Origin: Azolla caroliniana
Taxonomy: Eukaryota; Plantae; Polypodiophyta
DNA: 64,000 nucleotides
Assembly (NCBI GenBank): GCA_043228905.1
Contig: JBHGNT010000011.1
Location: forward strand, 20,026,001 to 20,090,000
Direction of reading: 5' to 3'
Under the pieces are notes generated by a model, which was not told the origin of the DNA, did not search any database, and was given only the letters and a program-made list of their open reading frames with translations. Made by a program: the position numbers and the translations under genes. Below are positions 51,800 to 64,000 of this stretch, one piece after another. Within the stretch, counting starts at the first letter, position 1. Each line of letters opens with the position of its first letter.

Positions 51800-53270
51800 T
51801 GTAGGAAATGGACAAGGTCGTCAATGCGGAAGAGATCACAACATTCTGAATCGATGAGGAATAAATTACCTGCGTATGAGAGAAGGAAGAACAGAATACG
51901 TAGATTGAGAGAGAGAGAGAGAGAGAGGCACAAAGAATATGTCTATATTCATAAAAGGGCAACCGTTACAACAATGAACAACCAACCTTTACAAAAGGTT
52001 ACAAGGTCACTTTATATAGTGACTCACTTAGGGCAACTGCCCTTTATGTTATTTACAGAAATAGCCCGAACTTGGCTCTCTAAGAGGATAGTGTGAATAC
52101 GTCCATTATACATTTGTATTCGACACTCCCCCGTAATGGGCGTATACATGGGCTATCTAAAAGAAATACAGGTATAGGCATAGGTTCTCGGACGGATCGG
52201 TTTTGTTCGAATCGGCATGATCCGAAGACAGAGGACCGAACCGGTCGGGTCGGAAAAGCTGAAGTCAATCGTCAATGAACCGATGTCTGTTGTCCGAAAC
52301 CGTCCTGCACTATGTCTGGCTTCAGCCGGACCGATATGTTGTTACGCCCATCTGTTGCTGAAGAGACCGGAACCGGTCTGCCGAAAGACACTTGGTCATT
52401 CCATCTGCAACATTATCGGTTGTGGATATCTTCTCTAAACCGATTTTCCCGGAAATGACGCAATCCCGAACGAAGTGATATCGAACTTCGATATGCTTGG
52501 AGGCGTTGTGATGAACCAGATTTTTCGCTGTAGACAATTGGAGCCAAGTCAGAGTCGACTTGCCGAAATGTGTGCGCCAGTCGACCGAGCCATAAAGCTT
52601 CTTTCGCTGCGTCGGAGGCAGCTACATATTCTGCTTCAGTCGTTGAGGTGGTTGTGCACTCCTGAAGTTTCGACTTCCACGAGATTGCTCCATTGCCGAA
52701 TTTAAAGTAATATCCGGTTGTTGACTTGTGACTGTCCACACAGCCGGCGAAGTCCGAGTCGGTGTAACCGGCTACGCCTGAAGTTGAGTTCGGACCGAAA
52801 AGGATGTTGTGGTCTTTTGTGCCGGCTAAATATCTGAACACATGCTTGACTGCGTTCCAGTGCGATCGGCCGAGATTGTGCATAAATCTGCTGATGACTC
52901 CTACGGCGTGAGAAATATCAAGTCGTGTCGCGACCATCACGTACATCAGAGAGCCTACTGCCGGTGCATACGGTACCGACTTCATGTCTTCCCCCTCCGG
53001 ACCGAATGTAGGGCAGTCTCGCTGAGAAAGCCGAAGATGAACGGGGAGCGGGGTCGAAGCAGACTTGGCCGATTGCATGTTGAAGCGTTCCAAGACACGT
53101 CCGATGTAGTCGGTTTGAGACAAAAAAAGCTGTCTTTTAGCGTGATTCCGACTAATCTTCATTCCGAGTATGTGTCTTGCCGGACCGATGTCCTTCATGG
53201 CAAACGTCAATCGCAGTTTCCGAACGAGTTCGATGAGCTCTCCGGTATGCCGACCGGAGAGTAGCATGTC
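51800..53270 (-). mobile_element. 5'-truncated copia family A relative (3' LTR about 51800-52125, PPT, RNase H, end of RT)
   Basis: Colinear with 5647-7090; PPT CTCCCCCGT at 52126; ends abruptly just after the YVDD region. Confidence 0.9.
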
Positions 53271-54010
53271 TGAATTGGAAGAAAGGGATGGGTTTGCTTC
53301 CTTGCCCCACGTAAGGATCACGCCATGTCCATTGCAAAGGGTCCCAACTGAACTTACGGAGCCATGTGTTTTCATGAGTACATATGTGCCAATCGGGTTA
53401 TACTTTGATCGGATCAGGGTCTACAATCCATTTATGACCAGTATACACGAGTACTCGAATTGCGTTATTCTTTGTGGGCTCATTGTCTCGCAATTCAGAG
53501 CCTTCGATCCTGTCTGGTGTTCCCCTACCTCTCGGGATCAAAGATCCCTCCTCCTCGTAGCCTATCCATTTCTCCATTGTCGGCCTTTGAGTAGTAGCTT
53601 CCCTAATCAATAGAGCGTTAATGATTTCCTATCGCATAGTCCATCCGACCCTGATTCCATGGAGTATGTTGGCTTGATCTTGTAGTGGCAGTGACATAAA
53701 CCGTCTCCAACATTCTATACCTTTTCTTGGACCTTCTGCAATGTATCCCCATGACAACCCCTTACTTGATCCAAGTAGTTGATTAGATTCATCCTTGACA
53801 CATGGGTTCCATAGGATACGTTGACTGAACCAAGCAGGTTCGGAACTCGGTTGATCGCAGTTGAGCCCTCGTCTAATGTCACACCATGCCTTCCACATGG
53901 ATGCACTGAATCTATCCTCCAATTGGCGGGAGAAAGTATGTTTGAGATCCATCCCGTTTCGGGGGCCCAATTGACCCCTTTTCACTGCTCATCCTTGATT
54001 TGAAGGTTCA
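53271..54010 (-). mobile_element. Probable LINE ORF2 fragment
   Basis: Trp-rich degenerate frame (SMWKAWCDIRRGL...ILWNPCV) resembling the post-RT region of L1-like elements; not confirmed. Confidence 0.45.
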
Positions 54011-55154
54011 CCTTTTGTAAAGATAATGCACCAATGTATATATATATATGTATTGTTATTTTACATACACTACAAAAAAGTATCCAACTTTGAAGCATAC
54101 AAATGCTACGTAAAATGAAAAATGAAAATTTGGGTAAAGTTTGAGTTGAGTTTCACTTTACCGAGGTTGTAGGAGAACAAAAGATTAAATACCATATAAT
54201 CCAAACTTATTAGTAAGGCTTCCTATTGGTAGATGATTATGTAACGATGCTAAGAATTGCAAAGTTAACAAGTGCCAATAAATTTAACGATAACATCTAA
54301 AATTTAATGGCATTAATTATCAACAAATACTCACAAAATTGGGAGGTCTTTCACTTTACCAGTGATGAAACCTCCCCTAGTTTCTAAAAGTGTATACGAA
54401 TAACATGTAGGTCAATGAATTGGGTTTTGTGCGAAGAAGTTATCGGCTCTATTAAATTGGACGAAAGGCAAGGTAAGTTTGCGAGGCGAGGGGGGGGCAG
54501 GGGTAGGGTTTAAGGTTTAGGCTCCTCCGATTCAGCGTGAGCCCTTGTTTTGAGAGTGCCAAACACACGCAGTCACCATCCTTCACATTGTTTAAGATGG
54601 CATCATCTTCATCTTCATCAATCATGTGAGACAAAATCTTTGGACAAAAAGGACAAGAAAAACCAAAGGGGAAGTATTAAATTCCGAGCTAAAAAGTCGT
54701 GCAGATTTTGGGATAATTCCATGATACATACATATTACATCTATATATATGGATATGTATGTATATTACATATATATATGTGTGTGTGTGTGTGTGTGTA
54801 TGCATATGTATACATATGTATATATGTATGAATAGAAACGTAACATGATGAAAATGGAAATAAACGCGTTGTGAACACAAGCCGAGTGACTTGTCGATGC
54901 GTGATTGGACGGGCACAATGGCTGGGGGCCCGATGGGCATGAGTAATCCTCCTGTCCTGGTGCCGCATGGGCCATGCATGATCCCTCGGACCTCCATCTA
55001 CCAATGGTTTGAATGGTCCTGCAAGTTTCTATTCCATTTGAGGAAATGCAAAAGAAAATGATGGGGGGGTGGGGGCGTGTGTTGGGAGCAAGAAGGCAAC
55101 GCATGAGGCCCGTGCCTTTTGCAGCAAAAAGGATAAATAAAACAAAACACTCGA

Positions 55155-55670
55155 ATTCAACTAAGTTTAGATTGTCTTTTGAATTTTGTTGGTTCATATC
55201 TCATCCCCCCCTGATTCTTCCATGAAACAGAACTGACTGAACCAATCTATGACTGATAAGTAATTAAGCAAGTAATTGCAGCCACAAAAAATCACCCAAA
55301 ACAAGAAGGAATTCAAATTTAACTCCTTCAACTAAGATTATATTGTTGATATGATTGAATTAGCAGGCAGGTTCATCTAAATTCATGTCTGATTCCCCTC
55401 CCCTGAATCTTTCTCAAACACAACTAACTGAATGAATAAATCTACGAGTGACTAATTAAATTAAGTAAAGTAATTGCAACAAGAAATGCACCGGCAAAAT
55501 TTCCGACAAAAAGAAAAAGTAAAAGTAAAAATCATCACAAATTTAGCCCAAATGCAACTAACTAAGATTTAGATTTGATTTTGAATTAGTTGGTTCATAT
55601 CGCATCGGACCCTGAATCTTCCTTCAAACACAACTGAATGAATAAATTTCGACAGTGTAAGTAATTAAGA
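55155..55670. repeat. Three diverged 110-150 bp direct repeats upstream of LPR paralogue B
   Basis: AACTAAG..T...GAATT...GGTTCAT...CCCTGA.TCTT...AAACA.AACT..CTGAA at about 55158, 55330 and 55560. Confidence 0.75.
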
Positions 55671-55985
55671 AAAACAAAAAACAAAACCTTCCCCTTCCCC
55701 ACCTTCTCCTGCTTATGCGCTCTTAAATATTTCCATATATTACCATATATGCATGCTTGTGATCGACACATTCAAGCCTCGTGGACGTTGACAATAGCAC
55801 TAATACTTGGAACAGTCTCTCTCTCTCTCTCTCTTTCTACTTAGTACTCACTTCTATGTATCCTATTTATATGAGCTGAAATCTAATGTCAACTCTACAC
55901 CCCTTTGCAGTTCCATCTTTCTCTCTCTCTCTCTCAATCCTCCCTCCTCATCCATCACATTGTCTCCTCTTCATCCTTTTCCACC

Positions 55986-58237
55986 ATGGCAAGGAAGAGG
56001 CAGTGCACTTCCAATCATTACGTCCCACACCTCAATGCCCCTGCCCTTACCCTGTGCTTCTTTCTGGCCCTCTTCCTACTCCTTATCTCCCCATCACACT
56101 CCACTGATGAGCACGAGACCGCAGACACGCTCGCTGCCGCCGCCGCCAGCCTCGAGATGTTCGTTGACAAGCTTCCGAGAATGCCCATCATCAATGGCTA
56201 CACCCGAGCATCGGATGGGCGCCTTTTGCCAGCCCATCTCACCATTGGCATGTACCTCAAAAAATGGGTAACCCACACAATCTCTAGTCTGAATTTCTTT
56301 ACATTGGTAATTTCAAAAACCCACCCATGCACCTTGTCCTTGATATATGATCCCAATATATACATATGCTTCTCATCATATGGATTGAAATTGATACAAA
56401 CCTTGGGTTGCAGAAATTCCATAGAGACCTTCCATCATCCGATGTGTTTGCATATGGGAGGTCAAAGGAGGAAGCCACAGTGCCTGGCCCAACCATCAAG
56501 GCCATGGTGGGGGTAAAGACATATGTGAAGTGGGAGAATCACCTTCCTGACCACCACCTCTTCGTGGTCGATCCCACACTGGGCGAACCGAACAGCTCTC
56601 TGCCGGGCGTTCCCACCGTCGTCCATGTTCACGGGGCCGCCTCCGAACCACACAGTGATGGGAACGCGCTCGCATGGTTCACTCGTGGTTTCCAGCGCAA
56701 AGGCTCCCGGTGGAACAAGGAAGTGTACGAGTACGAGAATGTAGAAGAAACGAGCGGTACCTGGTACCACGACCATGCCGATGCTTACACGCGTTTGAAC
56801 CTCTTGGCAGGCCTTGTGGGTGTTTACAAGGTAGTCAATCCCCAACTCGAACACCATACCTGGAAGCTTCCCCACAAGAGGTTCGAGGTGGAGCTCCTGG
56901 TTACGGATCATGCCTTTACCAGGAAAGGCCAAATCTACATGAATGCAACAGGAAACAATCCCCATATCCACCCTCAATGGCAGGTTATGTATCTGCACAT
57001 ATATATATGTATATGTATGTATGTATATATAGGTATATATGTCATGTCTTTCATTCCCATATATTTAAAATGCAGAGCCTATTTGTGTTGACACCATTGT
57101 TGGATGTATGTTCTTACCATTCATTCAGCCTGAGTACTTTGGAGATGTTATTGTGGTGAATGGGAAGGCATGGCCGTATTTGAAGGTTCAGAGAAGAAAA
57201 TACCGATTCCGAATCATCAATGCGAGCAACGCGAGGTTCTACAGGTTTGCCTTGGATAACGGCATGCATTTCGTCCAGATCGGAGCCGATAGCTTCTACT
57301 TCGAGAAACCTATCCATGTGAAAGAGCTCTTGATGGCTCCATCCGAGACTGTAGATGTCATCCTAGATTTCTCCACATCGAATTCAAGTGTCGCAATCCT
57401 CACAAACAATGCATCGTATCCCTTCCCGGATGGAGATCCGGTGAACGAGCAGAACAGCATGATCATGAAGTTCGTGATCCAGAACCGAATTTCGCGAGAG
57501 AGAGCCCGAATCCCCGAGCACCTCATGAAAGTAGACAGACTATCAGCATCCAACGCGACTCACAAAATCAGGGACATCATCCTTTCAGAGTTTGAAACAC
57601 CGGAAGAGGAACCCACACATCTCTTGATCAATTTCCGGTGGTTTACAGATCCGGTGACGGAGACACCCCGCCTGGGAAGTACCGAGATGTGGCGCATCAT
57701 CAACCTCACACCCGACAACCACCCCCTCCATGTGCATCTTGTGGGTTTCCAGGTGATACATGAGCAGAAGCTCAATGACACCTTGGATGATCTCATGGAC
57801 TGTGTGACGGAGAATCAGAGTGTGGAAGGTTGCGATCTCGAGAGCTTCTTTGATGGGCCTCCCCAGCCACCCCCAGCCAATGAAGCTGGCTTCAAGAATG
57901 TCTACAAGATGAAACCCTTCCATGTGACCTCCATACTGATTCGGTTTTCGCTGCCCGACGGCCGGCCTTTCCCCTTCGATCCCACCGGAGCGCCTGGTTA
58001 TGCATACCATTGCCATGTGATTTCTCTCTCTCTCTCAAAGCAAACTATGTCATTATTGTTAGAAAAGAAAATTTTAGTATACATATTAATTTCACTACTG
58101 CAAAATTAATCTCATTTTAATCCGGGAGGACCTTCTTTTCCTTCCATAATTTCTGATTTCTAATCTCCTCATGCATCATGCAGATACTCGACCATGAAGA
58201 CAATGCTATGATGAGGCCTTACCAGATCACCCACTAA
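55986..58237 (+). CDS. LPR1-like multicopper oxidase, paralogue B (about 597 aa, 4 exons)
   Basis: Exons 55986-56267, 56414-56983, 57129-58016, 58184-58237, with the same intron positions as paralogue A. HVHG, WYHDH, HPLHVH, HCHILDHEDNAMM; QPEYFGD, PFPDGDP, NLTPDNHP. Confidence 0.94.
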
Positions 58238-58850
58238 ATATTGGCACCCAGTTTGAGAGGAGGGCAACAGGTCCATTGCTCTCTCTCATTGGAAATAATG
58301 GATTTAGTACAACATACATAATTCTTTGCTTGTTTCTAATGAGTTCCTTCTGTAATACAATTGTAAATGAGAATCAACATCTTCATTCATGGGTTGGAGA
58401 TCAACAAAATAAAATCCAAACGGCCAAGATGTTCATTTTGAGCATTTTGTGTTGTATGTTACAGCACTGCCAATAGCTTATTTAGCTAAGGTAGCTGTCA
58501 TTTTTTCCGAGCATAATGTATGAATAGTGCACTTCCGTTACCTGTGTCAAAACTAATGACCTCAATTATAGCTTGGAGGGTCATACACATACATCTACCA
58601 TATGTACATAGCAGTAAGTTCTGATTAATATTTAATAAAGTTATATGTACATAAAATGTCACTTGGACTGTGGGTTTCGCTGCCTGAAGATCGATTTAAC
58701 TGTAGACTATGGTACTACCATTGATGTGTTCAAAAAGTTATGTCTCTTCAATGAAGAGTTGTCTCTAAAGTTTAATAATAAATAACTAGACTTGGTAATT
58801 ACTTAAATATTTCTAATTAATAATAATATAATATTTAGGTTAGATATTTC

Positions 58851-61560
58851 CACACCCCCCCTTAAGCTAAATATTATTTTATTCAAAAATATTGTCGTTT
58901 GAAGAATAGTTTGGCATTGTTAGACCAATCTTTCAGCAGCAAGAGACATGCTTTATTTGAGGTACTGGCTTTTGTTAGAAAATCGGCCCATGTCGAATAT
59001 TATCACTCATATTCGGATTACACGCTAACTTTATACATGATTGATTATCACAATGAAGGATTAGCTTTGAAGTCTTAAATAAGCTAAGTTCTTCAAGTAT
59101 GGAATGCATCCATATTCCTTCTTTAGCAACGAGTGCAACAACTACATATTCGGCTTCCATTGAAGATAGCGTGATCGATGTTTGCTTCTTAGACCTCCAT
59201 GTTATAGCGGCTCCGGCGAGACAATATACAAAGCCACTTGTTGACTTACGACCATCAATATCTCCCCCCCAATCTGAGTCCGTCCATCCAGACAATTGTG
59301 ATGGATTGGTCCATCCTTCAAGTTTCATGAACTTGATGGACTTTGATTGCGATCTAGAGTAAGTTAACACCATATCTTTCATTCGTTTTAGGTAACGTAG
59401 TAATTGTTTTCATGCTTGCCAATGTTTTGGTTCGGGATCCTGCATAAATCTTGAAAGAATTCCAACAGTGAAACATAAATCGGGACGTGTACAACTAACA
59501 AGGTAGCATATACATGCAAGAATTTTGAGCATTTCATCTCGTTCTTGGATCATAGTTCTAGGAGCATCTTCGATTGATAATTTGTATGGAGTTGACATGG
59601 GTGTAGAGATAGGCTTGCAATGTAGCATGTCAAAACGTTTTAATACACTTCCAATGTATTGAGTTTGGGAAAGAGAAATGGTTCCTTTAGCACGACCTCT
59701 TTGTAGGTTCATTCCAAGGAAATACTTCATTGGACCAAGATCAGTTATTGGAAAAGTTTGTTGAAGTTCCTTCTTCGCAGTTTGTAGATACGCAAGTGAG
59801 TTGGCAAGTAGAGGTAAGGCATCGACATAAACATCGATTATGATGAAATTATTCTTATCTCTTTTAATGTGTACATTTGGTTCATTCTTTAATCGTTTAT
59901 AACCATTGTTAGTTAGAAAATTATGAAGTCGATGATACCAAATTCGTGGAGATTGTCATAGACTGTATAAGGATCGATGTAGGTGACATACAACATTGGG
60001 TCGAGTTAAATCTTCAAAATGTGGTGGTTGTTGCATATAGATCTCTTCGTCGAGTTCTCCATGACGGAAAGCAGTTTGAACATCTAAGTGATGGAATTCA
60101 AAATCAAGTTTGACAGTGAGAGAGACGAATATGCCAAATGTGATACTTTGCAATGTAGGGCTAAATGTATCTTTGAAGCCGATTCTGGGTATTTGCGAAA
60201 AACCACAAGCTACAAGACGAGCTTTGAAACCTATAATATTTCCATTAGCATTGGTCTTCTTTCGAAGAACCCACTTACAACTAACAATTTGTTGATCAGG
60301 TGGTGGATCGACAATGCTCCAAGTTTTGTTCTTCAATAAGGTTGTCTCTTCTTCCAAAGTTGCTCTCCATTTCGGACCATCGATACCAGACAATGCTTCT
60401 CGAACGGTAATAATTAATTCATTTGCGGTATCCAGTTCTTCTTCAACTATGAGGGCGTCCATATCAAAGTCCACAAAGTGTGCCTTGAATTGGTCGAGTT
60501 CCTTATCGATATCAGACAAGGAGTTCCTTGCGGTACGGTGAGGTGGTGAGTCATTATCAGATGAGTTTGGATAGTCTTCCAAGGATTGTGATTTTGAGTT
60601 TATTGATTAGAGTTCAAGAAATTTGATGAAGAGAGTGGTAAAGTATTTAGTGTATTTAAACGTGCTGAAGACGAGGTCAATGTAGAGGATGTGTTTGTGA
60701 GGTTATGATAATATGTAGAGTTGGATGGTGTGAAACCAATATCAAGATTTGGGTGAATGTAGTTAGTTTGTTTAAGTTGGGTAATTCTTTTAAGTTGGTT
60801 GGTTAGTTTTAAAAGTTTATTATTTATTTTACTTTTATTTTTATTAACTTTAAATTTGAATGTTGGTTTTTTATGTAGAGTCGAACAGGAGGAGTTCTTG
60901 GAGCAGAGGAGATGGGAGAAGATGCAAGGGGTTGAGGTGCAGGGGAGATCAAAGCATATGCAATGGGTAGAGGTAGTGGTTGATCAGCATGAATAAAAGG
61001 GCGAGGAATTACCACATAACGATATACAGCAGCAGGGACGTCATCAAAGTGAGTGGCGACTTTCTTTGATCGATGGTTGGCAGCAATAACAGCATCAACA
61101 TTGTTTTGTCCACGGCCAGCAACAATGGCACTATGTTTAGGGCGCCAGGTGTCATCAATGATGTTGTTCTATTGGTGGCAGAACACGATGGCAACGAACG
61201 TTAGCAACAACATTGTTCTGTTTGCAGCAAAAGGCGGCATTAGCGATGCTAGTAGAGAGGCGGCAGAAGGCAACAGTGGCATTGGCAAATGCTTCAACCA
61301 CAAAAGCCTACATCAAGTCCTTGTAACCTTCTTCTTCATATTCATCCTTTTCTTCCATTGAGGCGGCATAAACCTCTTCTTCTTCTTCTTCTTCATTTCT
61401 CTGTTCCTCGAATTCTTCTACAATATGCGTTTGTGGTCAACGAATGATGCTTGGGAATCTTCGAATCTTTTGTTTTGCTTTACATTCTTGTGGTGTGTGG
61501 CTTGATCTTTTGCAAATGTTGCAATAAGACTTAGAGAACTTCATTCCTCCTTTAGTCATA
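58851..61560 (-). mobile_element. Old degenerate Ty1/copia remnant (family D): RNase H, RT and gag Zn knuckle
   Basis: PPT at 58855-58865; WTDSDWGG RNase H 58975-59382; RT 59410-60582 (KARLVACGFSQ, HHLDVQTAF); CNICKRSSHTPQEC near 61490-61535. Confidence 0.85.
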
Positions 61561-62149
61561 GGTGCATTGTTATCCGCGGGATTATAAGTGTATGAGTGTA
61601 TAAGCGATAGTACATATATAAATAAATAAAAAGTCTTTGTATTAAAAGGCATGTGTAAGTGTATGTGCAAATGTGCACATGAGTAAGTGTGAGCACTTAG
61701 TACATCATTATATGTGTAAACACATGCACATTTATGTGAATGTGTGCAAAAATGAGAGTATTGTAAAGTGGTCTAGATTGTTAGAAGGTTATGTAACTCA
61801 CCTGCAAACCTCATTGGATGTTCTTAGATTGCGATCCTCATGTAATGTACCTATATAACCCTACCGTACAAATGAATAGTAGTAGGGGAAATTTTGTCTC
61901 TCAATATTGTGTCACTCTCTCTTTCTCTCTCCATCTCTCTTCCTCACGCTCAACCCCACCCATCAACACTTGGCACACCCGATGGGACGACCCCCCTTGA
62001 GAAGAAGTAGATGAATTACATGCGGCGGAAGTTTGCAAGAGGCCAATGTCTATGGCGGTAGAGTGAAAAGAAGACGAGATGCATAGCAACAGCCCCTGCG
62101 CGTCGTTGATGCCTAACATCCTCCGCATGATTCATCGTTTCAAAGATTT

Positions 62150-62720
62150 CACCACTGAAAAAGGATTCCAAGGAAGAGAAAAGGAGGGTCACTTGGATTT
62201 GAACCTTAAGGGCCACTATTTTGTTCTCAAAAGCTATAATGGAAGGTTTGGACGTGAGCCTTTATCAACAATTACAAGAATGTGGTCTAAATCCTTGCTT
62301 CCTTGATACACAATACAGGACGCACGTAGAAATTTCGGCTTTACCTTCCTGGCAAATATTTCACTCCGGAATATTGAGGACAGAATTGTTACCCTCTGAT
62401 AGGCCAGTGGCATGTGGGTTTTATTGGCCAGATAAGGGAAAACCCATCACTTTTGTGGATTGTTTGGATGGTAAAGAAGAGTTTACATTTCATGGAAATT
62501 CCATGCTTAAACACGTAGACGCAACCCTGGTTCTCAAGGTTCTACAGCTTCTAAAGTCCAGCAATGACATATAAAATGGGTGGGAAGGTATTGGAGTGAT
62601 TTCTCCATACAATGCACAAGTCAAACTAATGCATGATATGTTGTTTCATGATGGTAATGGCAAGGATGACAAATTCTTCGGGCTTGAGGTTAAGACTGTG
62701 GATGGATTCTAAGGAAGAAG
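62150..62720 (+). pseudogene. Intronless UPF1/SEN1-type SF1 helicase pseudogene fragment
   Basis: GLDVSL...LDTQYR.H.EIS..PS...GF.WP, then *NGWEGIGVISPYNAQV...LEVKTVDGF*GR; in-frame stops. Confidence 0.85.
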
Positions 62721-63380
62721 GTGGTTCTCCCATCAGAAATCCATCCACTGCAAGTATAGATGCAAGGGTTGCAAATTGATGGATGTCTAGTCTTGGTGTA
62801 CCTCAGCGCCCCAATACTGATGCTCTGGGGCAGCTCTTGTCTGATGTTAAATGGGTGTATATAATACAATTACAACATCTTAAGGATGTTGCAACAACTC
62901 TTGCAACAGAAGAAGCCGATGATGTTCCAGCAACTCTTGCAACTCTTATATATGATTCAGGCTAACAAAAAACACCAAAATACCTCTAAACTAGCTGTCC
63001 ATATTTTCTCCAGAATACCCCTAAGTTCTCAAAATTTACTAGAATATACACGTGTTGGAAACTTTTGAAGTGGACAGGGTGTTCTTGGTAATTTTTGAAA
63101 ACTTCCAGAGTGCTCTGGAGGTATTCTAGAAAATCACCTAAGGGTAGGTTTTTATGTCATCAGAATATACTTAACTCTGAGGTTTTAGATTTAGGGTTAG
63201 TATATACTTTGAGTGCATTGAAGTGCAGCAATGCAGCGAGGTTCAGCAAAGTTCCAGCTAAAATACCCTGAATTTCATCAGCATGCAACAAATGAAAATT
63301 CTTCATGAAACAAAAGATAATAAAAGTTGATTTTTACCAAAATATGGTAATCCCAATCTTTACATTGGCTTAGGTGGGAA

Positions 63381-63762
63381 CATAGTTCCTAATATTCGGG
63401 TACGTCCAGTTTACTGGACGTACGCGAACGTTTGAAAACGTACGCGTATGATACGCGATATTCGTTTGGCTTCTTTTTTTTCTTTTCACTTTTTTTTGGT
63501 TTTTTTAATTTTTGATATTCATAATATTTTGTGAATAGAAGTGACATCTAACACACATACACACACTCTCTCTCTCTCTCACACGAGAACTGACAGATTT
63601 TCTCTCTCTACAAAATCTAGATATCTAATATACATATTACATACTCCCTCACACAGACAAAACCCATAGCTCCTCTCTCTCTCTCTCTCTAGAGTCTAGA
63701 TATACACTCAATCACTGTCTCCTCACACATGCAAAACAAGGCTTCTCTCTCTAGACCACACA

Positions 63763-63801
<39 letters not shown>

Positions 63802-63968
63802 CCTCACACACACACACACTATGTACACCATATACACCATATGTATATAAAATATATCTATGTACCGTGTATGGATTTCAATCATACTTGGAGCCTTTTC
63901 ACGTATGAGTATGATACGAATATTGGCGTTTGAGTATGACACGAATGGGACGTATGGCTAGAACTATG
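63381..63968. mobile_element. hAT-type MITE (third family) containing microsatellites
   Basis: TIRs CATAGTTC.../...GAACTATG; perfect 8-bp TSD GGTGGGAA (63373-63380, 63969-63976); TACG/CGTA subterminal motifs. Confidence 0.88.
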
Positions 63969-64000
63969 GGTGGGAAAGGACAAATACCCTCTGTCAGTGA

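Noticed and set aside
55986-58237. Bacterial (CotA-like) character of the oxidases as a new horizontal transfer
   Set aside because: The bacterial affinity of the LPR1 family is already established, and the genes have normal spliceosomal introns.

Overview
Land-plant nuclear DNA; the PPR style, (AG)n richness and retroelement types suggest a fern or other non-seed plant, which is inference. Four intact spliced genes: two same-strand LPR1-type multicopper oxidases (14976-17352 and 55986-58237), an HP30/TRIC-type PRAT+SAM membrane protein (34645-40299, +) and SDH2 (47255-49411, -). Between them are several Ty1/copia families (nested, solo-LTR and inverted-fusion forms), the 5' end of a probable Ty3/gypsy element with a tRNA-Trp primer site, LINE fragments, hAT-type MITEs with 8-bp TSDs, PPR and UPF1-like helicase pseudogenes, a decayed plastid 23S rRNA insert and several minisatellites. 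I found no clearly new biological system. The best leads are an Asp->Asn change in the putative Fe-binding triad of one LPR paralogue, the unusual Trp-primed element, and the inverted copia fusion. All coordinates were read by eye.
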